Positions 40,580 through 64,000 of a DNA stretch of 64,000 nt are shown piece after piece. Location: contig CP154954.1 in assembly GCA_039621445.1 (NCBI GenBank), positions 18,524,642 through 18,588,641 of the forward strand, given 5' to 3'. The translations under genes were made by a program, and so were the position numbers. How positions within the stretch are numbered: the first letter of the stretch is position 1; each line of letters begins with the position of its first letter. Under the pieces are notes generated by a model that was not told the DNA's origin, did no database searches, and saw only the letters and a list, made by a program, of their open reading frames with translations. Source of the DNA: Euglena gracilis. Taxonomy: Eukaryota.

Positions 40580-43500
40580 TCATGAGGTCAGCCGCACCAC
40601 ACACTGCGGGCTGTCGGAAGCGGCCCTTCGGCCCAGCAGGGCACTCGGGGGTGGGGGGCCAGCAGGACCTCTCAAGCGGGTGCCACTACAGGGTTGGTTT
40701 CCTCCAGGCCTGTTCTTTTTTTTTAAAAAAAATGTAATTATTCGCCTTAAAAAAATGATCCTGCCCCAGGGGTGGCGCCGGCCTCCCCTTAAAATCAGCC
40801 CAGTGCCCCCCCCCCACCGATTGGATTTGGGTTTCTCAAAGCGCCTACCCGGGGAGGCACCCCATGAGTGGGGTCGGCAACGCCTTAACATTCAGTGGTG
40901 GGGATGCAGTCAATGAATTGGAGATCACTACGCTGTACCTCGTGTCTCATGCCCTGAGACAGTCAGTAGGCATGTGGACATGGGCGAAGCAATAATAACC
41001 TCAAAACGTGAGACATTTGTTGACATGATTTTACCAACGACTGTGGTATAATAATTTGGCACCCCTTGGGGTTCAAAACTACGTCTGTAAAACAGTTTAA
41101 GAGTTTTAAAAATGGGTAAAAGCAAACAAAGGCACACCAAAAGCGATCAAAGAAGACCAAAAGTGACCAAGAAAGCGGCCGAAAGTGGCCAAAAAGCAAA
41201 CAAAATAACCCAAAACAGGCCAAAAGCAGCCAAAATGGCCAAAAACGGCCCAAAGTTGTCAAAAGCCGCAAAAAATTGCTGAAATTATCTGTTTTTGGAC
41301 ACTTTGGCCGCTACTTTTGACCACAGTTCTATCCTCCGGTACTTTGTCCACTCCAGTACTGCGTCCACTCCCATACCGCGTCCACTTCAGTACCGCGTCC
41401 ACTCCATTACTGCATCCACTCCAGTACTGCGTCCACTCTGGTACTACGTCCACTCAGTACTATATCCACTCCAGTAATGTGTCCACTCCAGTACTGCGTC
41501 CACTCCAGTACCGCGTCCACTCCAGTATTGCGTCCACTCCAATACTGCATCCACTCCAGTACCAGTACCGCATCCACTCCAATACTGCATCCACTCCAGT
41601 ACTACGTCCACTCCAGTACTGCGTCCACTCCAGTGCCGCGTCCACTCCAGTACTGCGTCCACTCCAGTACAGCGTCCACTCCAGTACCAGTACTGCATCC
41701 ACTCCAATACTGCGTCCACTCCAGTACTACATCCACTCCAGTACTGTGTCCACTCCAGTACCGCGTCCACTCCAGTACAGCGTCCACTCCAGTACAGTGT
41801 CCACTCCAGTACTGCGTCCACTCCAGTACTGCGTCCACTCCAGTACTGTGTCCACCCCAGTACAGTGTCCACTCCAGTACTGTGTCCACTCTAGTACTGC
41901 ATCCACTTAGGCGGCCGGATTCGCACTTAAGCTTTTTTCCTTTGGATGCGCGCAATTGCGCAAATGCACCATTTTTTTGTAACCCCTGGGACCCTGTACC
42001 CTGACACCCAGAACACGATTTAAGAACCGTTACACCCATCTATTGGAGGGGATTAACTCCCAGTGGTCTGGTGTGCATGCTGCTTACCGGGTGACGTTAA
42101 TAGGGCTGGGGGTGAGACTGGTGCTGTTGTACATCAAACGGGAGAGAGGCACACACCCCTTGTAACGACACTTGGAAACGGTGCTGACGTGCTGGCTGAA
42201 CTGGCTTGGACACTGCCGCCACCGGTGAGAACACACGGGGCCTCATGACATCACACCACCACAGACACACAGACTACGTGAGGCAGCCGTCACGCAATTG
42301 ATGTGTGTTTATGGGCGCAATTGCGCAAATAAAAACAATTGTGTTTATGGGCGCATTTGCGCAAATAAAACGTACACCGATGATGATAAAATGACGTGTT
42401 GGTGGGCGCAAATGCGCCTACAAACAAATTTGTTGGTGCGCACATTTGCGCAAATGTGCACACCAACATGTACTTTTACTTTCTATGTTAAAAGACACCA
42501 AAGAGGACCATGACCCTACGAGGTTTTAAAACGTGATAGGGGTGTTGGTGCGCGCAATTGCGCAAATAAACACAATTACGTTTGTGCGCGCATTTGCGCA
42601 AATGCGCGCACAAACATTTTATACACCGCTTCAAAATGATGTGTTTCAGAGAGCCTTGACGCACACAAACAAAGTTGTGTTTATTTGCGCAAATGCGCGC
42701 ACCAACACACATCAGTTGTGCGATACCATCTCCTCCTCCGTGACAGCTGGCGAACGCAATTCCTCACGTCAACCATTGATTTGTACCACGATTACATGCT
42801 GATGAAATTTGTGGTGAGAGGTGGTGTGGAGTGTTCACTGGAACACGGCATTTGACTGGCCAAAATTTGCCTGTCTCACGTGTGTACATTTGTACTGCTG
42901 TTACCAGGCCCACACGACCTGTTGTTTTGGCGTCATCCGTTTGGCAGTTAAACGTAATGAATTGATGACATGCAAACGACCTGTGACTGTTGGACACCTT
43001 TTCTGCAACAGGACTGCGTTACAAGAAGACAAAATTTGGCACCTGAAATACCCGGGACGTGTTGGGCCGGAGTCCGTTTTTTTTCTTTGCCATTTTTCCC
43101 TCGAAAAACGTAAAAAATACCGGTTTTTGTGCATATTTTGGGGGGAGTGGGTCCCACAGCTTTGATGCACCCAATCCAGGGGTAAAGGTTCAACACTTCC
43201 TTGCATCCAAAGGAACGGGTGCTTGAGGGCTACCTCTCTTCGGCTGCTGGTTGCCATGCACTGGCACCACGTCATACCCCCAGTCTTACACCCCGGTTGC
43301 GGGGTATAACGTGGCCGCTGTGGTGGGTGTCGTTGCACCGGGGAAGTGGATGCTGACCTGTTGGGTGCTGAAGCATCAGCAGCTGATGGGGCTTTAACAG
43401 CGGAGCCCAGGCCGCAGGTCAGCGGCAGGGCCCTTGGGACCCAAAAATTGGTGCCGGTGGAGGTGTACCGTTACTGGGTGGCTATGCAACCACCTTCAAG

Positions 43501-46500
43501 AGATCCTATGTCTCCATCTTTTGTGGGACCTGTCAATGGTCAAAAAACGGCACAATAACTCCATATGCCGGAGGAGACGGTGTGGCCATTTGCTTTCAAC
43601 CCATTCAGAAGCCACTAAGGGTAGTTGCAGGAGAGGCAAATGCAATCGTTTTCTTCTCCTCCATTAGTTGTTTATTTGCGCATTTGCGCGCATCACGTTG
43701 TTTGTGGGCGCAAATGCGCAAATAAACATAGTAAATTGTGCAGTTTCTTCATACAGTTTATTTGCGCATTTGAGCCCACAAAAAACGTGATGCACGCAAA
43801 TGCGCAAATGAACCACATCTGCTGTCAGTGTTTGACGGTTGTGTTTCCGTCACACCGTTCTTATTTGTGTTTATGGGCGCAAATACGCGCACCAACAAAA
43901 ATTATGTTTTATGCGCGCATTTGCGCAAATGCGCGCATAAAACATAATTTTTGTTGGTGCGCGCATTTGCGCCCATAAGCTTGCGCCGTTGACAAACAAT
44001 GTGGCAAACTCACCAACTGGATGGCCCGTCAGTCCGTACTGTCAGGGCCTCTACGTCACGCAGTTTTTCAACGGCGTCAGTTCATGGGTGCCAAAGCCCA
44101 ATCCCAGAAGGACAAAATTGTGTTGATGCGCGCAATTGCGCGCATCAACATAAACATGTTGGTGCGCGCAATTGCGCGCATAAACACAATTTTGTCCTTC
44201 CAGTGTTTGGCTTCTCCTGCAGGGTTCTTTGCCACACAACTGGTTCTGCGCATCCCGGGTACAAGCCGGGTGGGAGACACCCGTTCCCCTTTATTCCCTT
44301 CATTCCCTGCGGACCCCATTTCATCCCCTCTGCGCATCCCTTGCCCAACACCCGTACCTACCTTCCCTCCCCTGCGTCCTTGTCGCCGGCTCGGTCACAC
44401 CACAGCCACACCCCCCGGCACCTTCCTCCCCGTGCCTTACAAACGGCCCCAAAACACCACACCAAGGCGCCGCAAGCAACGCAGTCCGGCAAACACCCAG
44501 GACGCACACCGCCGGCAGTTCGGGCACACCCGGGGACACAGCCGAAAGGAGCAACAGGGGCAGTAAAGGTCCCGTTCCTATGGTGCTTTTTTGCGTTTTT
44601 TTCCCTTTGGGCCGGCAAGGTCCCGGGGGTTTCAACGTACAAAGTCCATTTTCGGACACCCCAAAAACACCATTTTTCGCCAAAGTCCTGGGGGTCTCCC
44701 AGCCAAAATCAGAATTTTGCTCATTTTTTGCACTCTCTTGTTCACGTGTTTTCAAACCCCCCTGACCTTCACAGCCGAATCAAAGCAGAATCAAAAAAAT
44801 CGTAAATGCGCGCAAGTGCGCAAATAAAACGAAAAAAGCTTAAGTGCGAATCCGGCCGCCTAAGATCCATTCCGGTTCAGCGTCCACTCCAATATCGTGT
44901 CCACTCCAGTATTGTGTCCACTTCAATACTGTGTCCACACCAATACAATGTCCACTCCAGTATAGTGTCCACTCCATTACTGTGTCCACTCCAATACTGC
45001 ATACATTCCAGTTCAGTGTCCACTCCAGTCGGCATCCAACGCAACTCAAAATTGATAAAAAGTGCTATTTTCAACGAAATGGGATACAGGAAGCTAAAAT
45101 GATGTAAACAAGGCCTATACTTGAGAAACAACAGAGGGGAAAATTGCAAGGGTTCCCCAAAAAAAGCAAGTGCCAGCAGTGTCAAGTGGTGCCAATGGTG
45201 CCGGCACAGTTTTTCAGGCATTCCCTGTGGTATGCTCTGAAATCCTGAAAAATGATGCAAGCATGCTTTTGCAAAGCCCAGAGGAGGGATCGGATGCCCT
45301 CCAGTGTAGGGGAGGCCACCCACCAAAACAGCGTGTTCAATGAACAACAAAACATGGGCCAAAGGACCTTTAAATGAATACGGGTTGTGCACTGTGTGGT
45401 AAGTCATTGTGTCTGTGGGCATGGGGGAGGGGGTAGGCACTGTGGGACCCCAGCAAAGGGGTACGCCGGCAGGCAGAATCTCACTGGGCAAACGAAGAAT
45501 AAAACCAGTTTTGTGACAGGCTCTTCCCCTCTGTGTGGCAACTTCCCTCTGATCGGGGACACTCAGCAAACAAAAAAAGGATTTGACTTCTCAAAGGTGG
45601 CATGAAACATGCAGGGGGGGACAGGTACCCGGTGAATTTTCCTGATGGGCAGACTAGAAGCGGGGGGATGATTGCCCTACCCCGGACAAAAAACCAATGG
45701 CGACGCTTTGGGTGGGCGTACCCCACACCTTGAGGCATCTGCCTGGGAGCCGGGTGCCCAGCATGGGGGATTATTGGTGGCCATGGCGGCCCCGTCGTTC
45801 ATGGAGCCGGTCCCGTCCGCTGACGGTGGGCCGTGAGGTCGAGGCAGTAGGCCAGCTGTCCCGGAACGCGGTGGCGGGTTGCTGTCGGCCTGCTGTGGGG
45901 CGGCGAGCTGAGAGGCTGGCGGGGAGCCGCCTGCCCATTCCTCTGGAGCAATGTAGGTGTGGGTGCAGGTGTAGGTGTAGGTGTAGGTGTGGGTGTAGGT
46001 GTAGGTGTCGGTGCAGGTGCAGGTGTAGGTGTAGGTGTAGGTGTGGGCGTAGGTGACCCGGGGGGGGGGGGGGCGTGTGCAGTCGTTTTGCGAATGGGAA
46101 TCCCCGATACCCTATGGATGGTGGTCTATGGTCCAACTCCCCACCTCCTGGTTGGGAGCTGCCCCCCCCCACCAGGCCTTCCTGCAATACTCTCTGGTCC
46201 TGGGGAAACAAGTCGGGGGGAGATTGCAAAGTGCCAGTGGAGAAAGGAGCAAGAGCTTGCCAATTGTCCCCAAATGCAACAGATAAGGAAGGGGCGGGAT
46301 GGCAGTTGGGAGGCATGGCGAGGGGAGGACGGAGGCGCCACATTTGGGCGGGTTGGGTGTGGGACAGTGCTGCCTGGGAGGCAGAGCTGACTGCATCAGC
46401 GTGGTGAATCAAAAATGATTGAGTTTCAATGTCTAAAGTATGAATCCCCTGAACTTGATATAAGACCATCCCTGGGGAAGGTCTTATATTCGGTCAAAGA

Positions 46501-48640
46501 AGCATTGCAGCCTCTTTGTTCCTGAGGGGGAGTGTTCAGATGAATTGACCTTTTTTGTTTCTTTTTCAGCTCATTCACAACCCCTCCATCAGAGCTTAAC
46601 CACACACCCTCTGCCGCCCAAAAGCTCACCCCCCCCAGGTTTGCAAGAAATCCTCCAAATACAAGCAACCCCTGACTGGATTTTCATTCAAATGGCAGAA
46701 AAAAGCTATGTTTCAAAATATAAGCAACCCCTTACAAGGATAGATATTGGTATTGGGTTTAGGAGGGGTCCCAATAAATTGGATAGACTGACCCCCGACA
46801 TCCTCGATGAAAATCGATAAAACAGATATGATCACTTTGTACCCCGATACGATACGATACCCTCATTTTTGTGATTTCGAGAATCCCAAAATCGCCCAAA
46901 AAAAGTGCATCACCCCCCCCCAAATAAAGCCGATATTCCACGATTATTTCATTTTTTTTTATTTTTTCGGGACCCGATAAATTCCAGATCGTCAATAAGG
47001 CCGATATGAACTGATATCCAATGTCCATCCTTGCCCCTTGAGCCCACTTTGGAAACCCAATGAAAAAGCAACTGATTGCTCCCATTCGGGGGGTCACCTT
47101 TTGATGGCAGCAGTGTCCCCGACCACTGCTTGAATGTGGTGAGCCCGCAAGACCGAGAGCGGGAGCAGGCCTCAAGGTTCTACCATCGAGGTCCTTCAGA
47201 ACTGCAATTTTATTTATTTATTTTAAATTGTGCGTTAAACTCTGATAACCTTATTTGATTGCTGGATTTCTGTGGTTCGACTTTCAAATTCGAAATTTTT
47301 CCAGCTTTCCTCCAATTTTATTATTCCATTTTCGCGTCTGGTATCTTGCCTTCATCGAATTCCCCAGCACAGTGTGCCAAAAGATCTTTTAAATCTTTCC
47401 CAACGAAAGGGTGCACATTGCAAATGAGCGATGGGTGCAGAGGTTTTTTAGGACCGTGGAGTCCAGACCGACCCACCCACCCACTCTCTGCAGGCCCCCC
47501 CTGGGGGGCCAGGAGACCCACTTTTGGGGGGTCAATTCTGCAGTCCAAAAAATTTTCCAGTGTTTCGCACTGAAAATAGAGGAAAACCCTGCCTCCGGCG
47601 GGGTTCCCACTCAGCCTGACCCCGGGGGGGGGGAGGGGGGGGGGGGGCTCGGTACACTCACCCAACCCCCCCACTGGGTCATGAAACTTTTAAAAAAAAT
47701 CTCTGGATAGGTGGCTTGTCCACACCGCTGCCCCTGGCACAACCCCCCCCCCAAAGTTTATGAAGATGATCCTATCTCATGGAGGAGGGCTCGAATTTGA
47801 GGAACTCCAAGCAGGCATTATTTGAGAGGTGCCACAAGAACCTCTAAACAAAACCTTTAAAACCACAAAAAAATGGCTCAAATTGCCTTAAAAAACCTTT
47901 AGAAAAAAAAAGTTAAGAAAACTTAAATTTTTCGTATTTTTCGAATTTTGAGCAAAAAAGAAGTCGCAAAACCTCGAAAAAAAAAACATTTCCAGCATCG
48001 CTGAAACATAGTCTATCCACCCAAAACTCAAAAAATGGGTTTTTGGACTTTTTGATTTTCAACTTGGACCGACGCTGGTTCGATGCCAGCCCCTTCCGAA
48101 ATCAATGAAATATTTGCTGAGGTTGAAGCTGATACATCCCACAAGGGATTTCTTGGGCAGGAGAGAAACCAACCTCCAGGGGGGGATCCAGCCAGCCAGC
48201 ATCATTTCTTCTGGTCAGCTCCTGCTAGCTGCGCTGGACCTTGACAAAAAATTGGCGCCTTGAAAATTTATAAAATGCCTTTAAAAAAATTTAAAAAATC
48301 TTTCAAAAACACATTAAAAAAGCTTTGAAAAAAATGATCTTTTTTAAGCGCTTTTTTTGCCTGAAACAATTTACCTGATCCCCACCCTTTTCAACTTTGC
48401 CTTAAGCTGGGCGAGGTTGGTATTGGTTCTGAGGTCAGCAGTATGGTGCGTAGGGGAGCAAAAAAAAAGTCGGGGTTGGGGGTGTGCTTGGGTATCCCGT
48501 GTTTTCGGGTCCCACGTCCCTGGTCGTAGGAGCCTGCCCTGTGGCCTGGGGGCGGTCCGGGCCGCGTCAGAGCCGCGCCGCTGCAGCCACAGGTCGGACT
48601 TGCCGGGGAGCTGCTGCATGAGGCTGAACGGCGCGGCCAT
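40580..48640 (-). CDS. Unknown Pro/Ser-rich protein gene, paralog A (exons approx. 48640-48545, 47171-47115, ~46400-46290, ~45940-45715, ~45490-45400, 40668-40580); internal exons approximate, possibly decaying
   Basis: ATG lies 21 nt after a C-rich cag acceptor; MAAPFSLMQQLPGKSDLWLQRRGSDAARTAPR. Colinear blocks are homologous to 10058-1741. The last exon ...SPQCVVRLTS* differs from the paralog mostly at third codon positions. Confidence 0.55.
41345..45029. repeat. 17-bp satellite TCCACTCCAGTACTGCG (41345-41907 and 44865-45029), split by a transposon
   Basis: Contiguous degenerate units. Confidence 0.9.
41908..44862. mobile_element. ~2.95-kb DNA transposon inserted into the 17-bp satellite; a diverged relative lies at ~61662-62529
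   Basis: Perfect 32-bp TIR TAGGCGGCCGGATTCGCACTTAAGCTTTTTTC; many GCGCAATTGCGC/ATTTGCGCAAAT motifs; the satellite continues on both sides. Confidence 0.85.
45952..46054. repeat. (GGTGTA)n microsatellite
   Basis: Directly visible. Confidence 0.9.
46735..47033. mobile_element. MITE (CAAGGATAGATATTGG...CCAATGTCCATCCTTG)
   Basis: Imperfect 16-bp TIR; CCCCTT direct repeat in the flanks. Confidence 0.55.
47438..47705. mobile_element. hAT-like MITE (CAGAGGTTTTTT...AAAAAATCTCTG); a relative lies at ~57320-57590
   Basis: TSD GATGGGTG/GATAGGTG (7/8). Confidence 0.78.
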
Positions 48641-50986
48641 GGTTGGCCAAGCTGGAGAACCCTGTGGCGGGGGGGGGGGGGGGGATATCCTTAAGGGAAA
48701 AAGAAATCCCATCCCAGCACATTCACTCAAATGCAAAAAAATCCACCGGAAATGATAGTCGAAAAAAATGGTTATATTTTGGGGGAAATGGGTCGACTTC
48801 GGTGGGGGGGGGGGAATTTCTGACATCTGTGGACCATCCCCCATCCGCCCGAAACGTCGAAAAAATGCGTCTTTCGACTTTTCAACGACCGTTCGAGCCC
48901 CGAACCGACCCTCGGCGGCCCTTAGGCCCAAGGGAGGTCCTTGAGGGGCGGTCCTTAACGGTAGGGGAAAATAGAATCCCATCGCTTCGGGACCACCGCC
49001 CTGACGTAAGCCCCCCCCTCCCCAAATACAAAGTTTGCCCAAATACAAATACAAAGGTTTTGACATTGCCGCCCAAATACAAAGCCCCCCCCCAGTGTAA
49101 AACCCGCCAAGGGTGCCATTCAGGGTAAAGGTGTAAAAATTTTGGGTGAATATTACAAATTTTCACAATAAATTCTCAAGTTTGGATAGAAATGGTGCAT
49201 TTTGGTAAAACAAGGAAGTGCACAACCCAAATTTTGGCATAGGTGTTATTTGACTTTGGCCGAAGGCCACCAAAGATCATAGAAGACACCCAAAAAAAGT
49301 TTGTCCCCCAAATGTGAAGCCCCCCCAAATATGCAATGCCGGGGGGGGGGGTTCATGTTTGGGTTTAAGGGCAGGTGGGATGGTCAGACAACACACCCCT
49401 GCCGAAATTGCATCGACAAAAATCACCGCCAGTCCACTTTGTGCAGAGAAGCCAGCAGGAAGCACATAGTTCATTTCAGAATGTTTAAAATAACAGCATT
49501 AAGCCAAAAGCATGCTGTCTACTCAACCACAGGGAAGATCAAGGAGTCATTCAGGCCGAAGGAGATTTTTCACTCCAAGCGAGAGGTCGGGTCAGCCAGC
49601 ATGGAGCTCAAACTTCAGTACAATCCGCTCATCCACCCCCCCCCCAAGGGAATGCAGGCTGCTAACGGGAACAATGCATAAACTTGGACATAAAGTTGGG
49701 GACCCCCGGACGCCCCCCGCCTTGTCATTCCAGTCCCGAAATGAACAGGGGAGGGGAGGTCCGAGCCCCTCCCTCCCCCCTATGCCCAATTGACCCCAAC
49801 GGGGGTCCAAATGGGATCCCAGACTGGGTTCCCGAAATGTGGCACATTTGTGAGGGTTGGCCGCTGGAATGCCCGAAATTTGCCGAAAATCAACCAAATT
49901 CGCCCAAAATGGTCGACGTTGGGATGGCTAGAGACTCCACTGAAGGCCCTCTTCTGCTGCTGATACGTTGCCCTTAGCCGCCAGGTGCTCAGAGTCGACA
50001 CAAGTGATTTTCCCATTCCACTTTTGCTGGCCAAGGTTTCAAACACGAGCTGTGGCGACCTCTTTAACGTGTCAAAACAGGGTGATTCGTTGCACTTCTC
50101 GGGGTCCAAACCCTGAGACACTCTAGCCATGTTTGGGTAATATGTCCGATGATCGCCTCCTGTCGGAGTTTCAAGCACGGCAAACTGAAACAGACGGACG
50201 CGTCTCAAGTTCGCACACACAGGCACATGATTTTGGCCAAAATCTTTAAGTGCTGCTTTGGCCGATTAAGGTGGAGGTGATGACTGTGTGGGCCACAGGA
50301 ATTCATCTCCAACACACCATTTCTCTCACCGTACCTCTGTGCCCAGGGCAGCCACGGAAACCAAAAGCACACTGAGGTTTTTCACATTGGCTGTTGCAAG
50401 AAGTGATGAAAGTCCTAGCCAATCACCCTGGAACTAAACCCCCCCAAATATAAATCCCCCCCGAAATGGAGCCAGACGGTGGTGCTATTCAGGAAAGAGC
50501 AGAAAATTTTGGGGGGGATAGGGCAATTTTTTTCAACGGAAATGCTCCATTTTGGATAAAATTGCGTGTTTTTGGGGGAAGTAGGAGGTATACAACGAAA
50601 AATTAGCATAAAACTGGTATTTGACTGCAGTTGAAGGCCGCCAACTCTGTGGAGCCCACCCAGAAGAGCTTGATTTCTCCCCCCAATTTAAAGCCCCACC
50701 CCCTCCCAATATAAAGCAATGGGCGGGATTTCAAAACCCTGGGGGGCTAGAAATCTCGCCGACATATAAAGCCAGGGGGACTTCAAATTTGGGTGGGTTG
50801 TATTACTGCCATGTGCTGCCAAAAGCTGATTTCTTTGCCTTAATTGGCTGAAAGGGAGAACCCCAGCAAAAAAAAAAAAGGAAAGATGCCCCAAAGAAAC
50901 ACAAACATGTGCCAAAAGAAAGCAAGTGAGGGTAGCAAACTGGGGCAGGAAAGGCGAGGCAGCGCTTATGGAGGGCCAATGAGGGG

Positions 50987-60600
<9,614 letters not shown>

Positions 60601-60645
60601 CTGCGCAGAAATGCCTGGCATGACAATCGACGTTTCATTGGGGGC

Positions 60646-61387
60646 CAGGCAAGGACAGTCATCCCCGGTTTTTGGTCTCCGGTGGGGTCCGGTGGGATCC
60701 GGTGGGGTCCGGTGGGTTGCCTTGGGGTGGGGGACTGGGGAAAAAAATACATGCAACAAGGTCAGGCTCTTGGTCTCTTTTTTTTTGTCCCATATGAGTC
60801 ACCTTTTGGCTCTGTTTAATGGGCCCAGCCAGATGCTCAGGATCTTTTGCCCCGCCACCACATGGGATCACCACATGATGTGATATACTCATTGCTCACC
60901 CTCGGGTCGTCGGTTTCATCCACCCCAAATTTGGCCCAAATCATCTGGTTTTGCCACCAGATCGTACCAAAACTGTACCAATGATCACCGAATCTGTGCA
61001 AGTGGCCACAAAATGGCCAAATTGGCCAAAAGGGGGCAAAAAATGGATAAAAGCAGTCGCCAAAAAAATGGCCAAAAAGGAAAAGATTGTTGCTGGTTTG
61101 CATCTACATCTGGTTTCAACTACAGATGGGGTGCTGGTGGAAATATGTGAAAACTGCACATTCGGAAATCTCACACGGGCCATAAATCCAGAAGAAAAAT
61201 CTGTGCATGGAAAAAAATATCCGGTGGGATCCGGTGGGATCCGGTGGGGTCCGGTGGGATCCGGTGGGATCCGGTGGGATCCGGTGGGAACCCACTAGTC
61301 AAACGGTCAAAAAACCCCCGGTGGGATCCGGTGGGATCCGGTGGGATCCGGTGGGATCCGGTGGGATCCGGTGGCTATCCTTGCCTG
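60646..61387. mobile_element. hAT-like MITE with (CCGGTGGGAT)n subterminal repeats
   Basis: TIR CAGGCAAGGA...TCCTTGCCTG; TSD ATTGGGGC (the left copy has one extra G). Confidence 0.8.
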
Positions 61388-64000
61388 ATTGGGGCGATGT
61401 GCAGCCAAAGCTGACCCCAAAATTACCCCCCAAACTACATTTTGGTTTTTTTAAAAATATGATGTGTTGTAAGATTACCACCTCCTGAGGCAGCTGCTGC
61501 CGCGGTGAAATGCCCCAAAATGTCCATTTCGCCCCCAAAATTTCTAGATTTTTAACTATGCCGGTTTGGTTTGATGCAAGGATTGTTTCAACATCATTGG
61601 TGCAGATGCTTTACTTGTGACGACAAAGAAAAATCCTTCAGTGCAAGTTACGCTGCCTAAGTAAAGCACTGACTTGCACTGAAGGATTTTACTTTGTCGG
61701 ACTGTTTGTTTGCCGTAATACATGTCCGCGTTCCCACCTTTCACACGAATGGACACACGGTGTGCACATTGCGCAAACCAAACAAATCTTCTATCCCCGG
61801 TGCACAGGGTTTGGTGCACCGTTTTCAGCAGTGTGAGTCCTGGGGTGTTTACGGCTGTAGTTCGGAGGAACCCAAGAGTGGTCGATGTGCGCATTTGCGC
61901 GCTCCGACGTTCTTCTTTGTTCAAACAATGGCGGCAATGAATCATTCCCCACAAATTTGTGTGATCCCCTCCTGAGGTCGCCTGACAACGAAATGTGGCC
62001 GGACACATCCCCACTGCAAGTTCGGTGGAGATTCCCGACCCTTCCCTCCCCTGCAGACCACTTTCCCTTCACCCACATGCCTTGCTAAAGTCCCACACTC
62101 CCACCTTCCACCTTCACGCACATCCCTTGACAAACACCCCGGAAACACCCTCCTTCCCTGCGATCCTGCCCAGCGAAGGGACAGATCTCCCCTGAACCCC
62201 CCATCATTTTTCCCTGCGCTCCAGCAAACGCCCAAAAAAACGCAAGTTCGAGGCGGGCCAACCACAAAAAAGTGCGTCAAAAGCCCGGGAGTGGCATAGT
62301 CACCGGACAAAGCCGGAAAAACAGGAAAACCGGCCAGAGTTGGGGGAGTAAAAAAAAAAAAAAAAGAGAACCGCTGGGAGCTGTCGCAGTCGTGCTCCTG
62401 TTTGCTCAAATTTATGGAACTGCCAGCAAAAAAAAACATTTCGTGCATGTCCGAAATTCAAATTTTCAGACATGGGCGCAAATTCGCACACCGACCAAAA
62501 AATGCTAAAGTGCAGGTTATGCCGCCTACGTCTTATCACAATGTACTGCTTTATACAAGTGAACGTCATTTTCAGAGGCAACTTTCTTTGTTTTTGCTTG
62601 AAGCTCAAAAAATGCACGTAATTGTATGGTGGCTTAATTTCCTCACAGGGTGTTTTTTTCAGAAATTTGCTTAACTGATTATGATCATGAGTATGAGTAT
62701 GACTATGTTTACAATTATGATTTACCAATGGGGCAAATCCATATATTTCATTTGGGGGGGTTATAAAATTAAAAGTCACAAAAAAAACCCCAGAGAAGAC
62801 CATTTTGATCTTTTTTTTGGAATTTTGAGTTGTTTCTTTTCCAAACCATTGCTTCCATCATTTCCCTGAATGCTAAATTTTCTTGAACTTTTTCAAAAAA
62901 ATATTAAAAAAATAATAAACAAACAAATTGATAAATAAAATAAAATAAACAAATTAAATAAAATAATAAACAAACAAAATTTCCAATAATTGTTTTGCAA
63001 TTTTTGTCTCCCGCAATTTTTGCCTGCACTGTGACATCACTGAGAAGGCATTATTTCTCTCCTCTTGAAGAGTTTGTACCGCACAGAAGGACCTGTTTGA
63101 TAAAATTGTTTCACTGGGAATCACAGGCAAACAAAGGGCCCTCCCAGAGAGTCAGCCAGGCTATTGCAACCCCCCCCCTGCAGTGGGCCGTACCTAAATG
63201 ACGGCGCAAGGAGAGAGCGGGCTTGTCTGCAAGCCGAGAGGGAGGAGCAGGTGTTGCAGGACCTCCTCCCAACACACATGCGCACACACCCCAAATCCAA
63301 GTCTGTGGGGGGAAATCATCACTGAAAAAGGATTCCTTTGTCGCATATGACTTCACAAATGGTTAATCTTTTAGAGTGCAGTTGCACTTTCGCAATTCCT
63401 GAGTGAGACTTGAAAAGACTTCCAGCATGTTTTTAAATGTGGTTTCGTAAAACAATTTGTGTGATTTTTTGTGAAAAAACGACGGTATGTGGAACTCAAA
63501 GGCGAACTATGTCGAACTCGAAATAGGCTGATTGTATTTATTTTATTTTTGTTTTATCAGATCAAAACTGTTCTTTGAATTTCTGAAACAAACATCCAAG
63601 AAATCAAAAGCTAGCTTCAGAAATTGACACTCAGAAATTTTAAAGAATCACTGCCCAAAATCGTGCTTATTTTCAAATCGCATTCAAAAAAATCCTCCCC
63701 GCCTCTGTCAGAGCGGACGCCCTCCTTTTCCCCTGGGAAGGTTTCACTATTGGTCCAAATGTTAAGGCTCGGCAACCAAAAAGGCAAAAGGCCTATCCAT
63801 ACAAGCAGGGGGGTATTCAACGAGTGGGGTGCAGGACAGTAATCAGACTGGAACTGGCTGGTGCCTGACAGAGCGGTCCTTAAGCAAATGAATAAATACC
63901 TAAAACCTCTGCTGAAAATCGTCAGGAAAAATGGCTGGAAAAAATGGCCATATTCTGGCAAAAACAGGTAGAATCAGGGGAAAAAGTGACTTCTGGCATC

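Noticed and set aside
41317-42039. CRISPR-like array or repeat-protein ORFs
   Set aside because: Contiguous 17-bp units with no unique spacers and no cas genes; a satellite.
43170-43310. CXC-like Cys cluster (GCKTGG..WCQC) on the minus strand of the 2.95-kb element
   Set aside because: Too degenerate to call by eye.

Overview
Eukaryotic, repeat-dense genomic DNA, most likely a euglenid (Euglena-like) nuclear genome, inferred from non-GT-AG stem-forming introns. All gene models are on the minus strand. (1) The 3' part of a CLPTM1-family gene (7 exons, 60600->50987) mixes GT-AG, GC-AG and euglenid-type nonconventional introns. (2) Two diverged paralogs of an unknown Pro/Ser-rich gene (48640->40580 and 10058->1741) differ by one nonconventional intron. 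The rest is nested DNA-transposon debris: hAT-like MITEs with CAG...CTG ends and 8-bp TSDs, TA-flanked Tc1/mariner elements (one with a decayed transposase), satellites, and a 6.3-kb duplication across a 13-N gap that is probably an assembly artefact. Main observation: a CAG...CTG MITE plus its 8-bp TSD has exactly the geometry of a euglenid nonconventional intron (3 nt + CAG ... CTG + 5 nt, 3+5=8). Splicing would remove the element plus one TSD and restore the host sequence, so these MITEs may act as intron generators. Alignments and translations were done by eye; no database searches were run.
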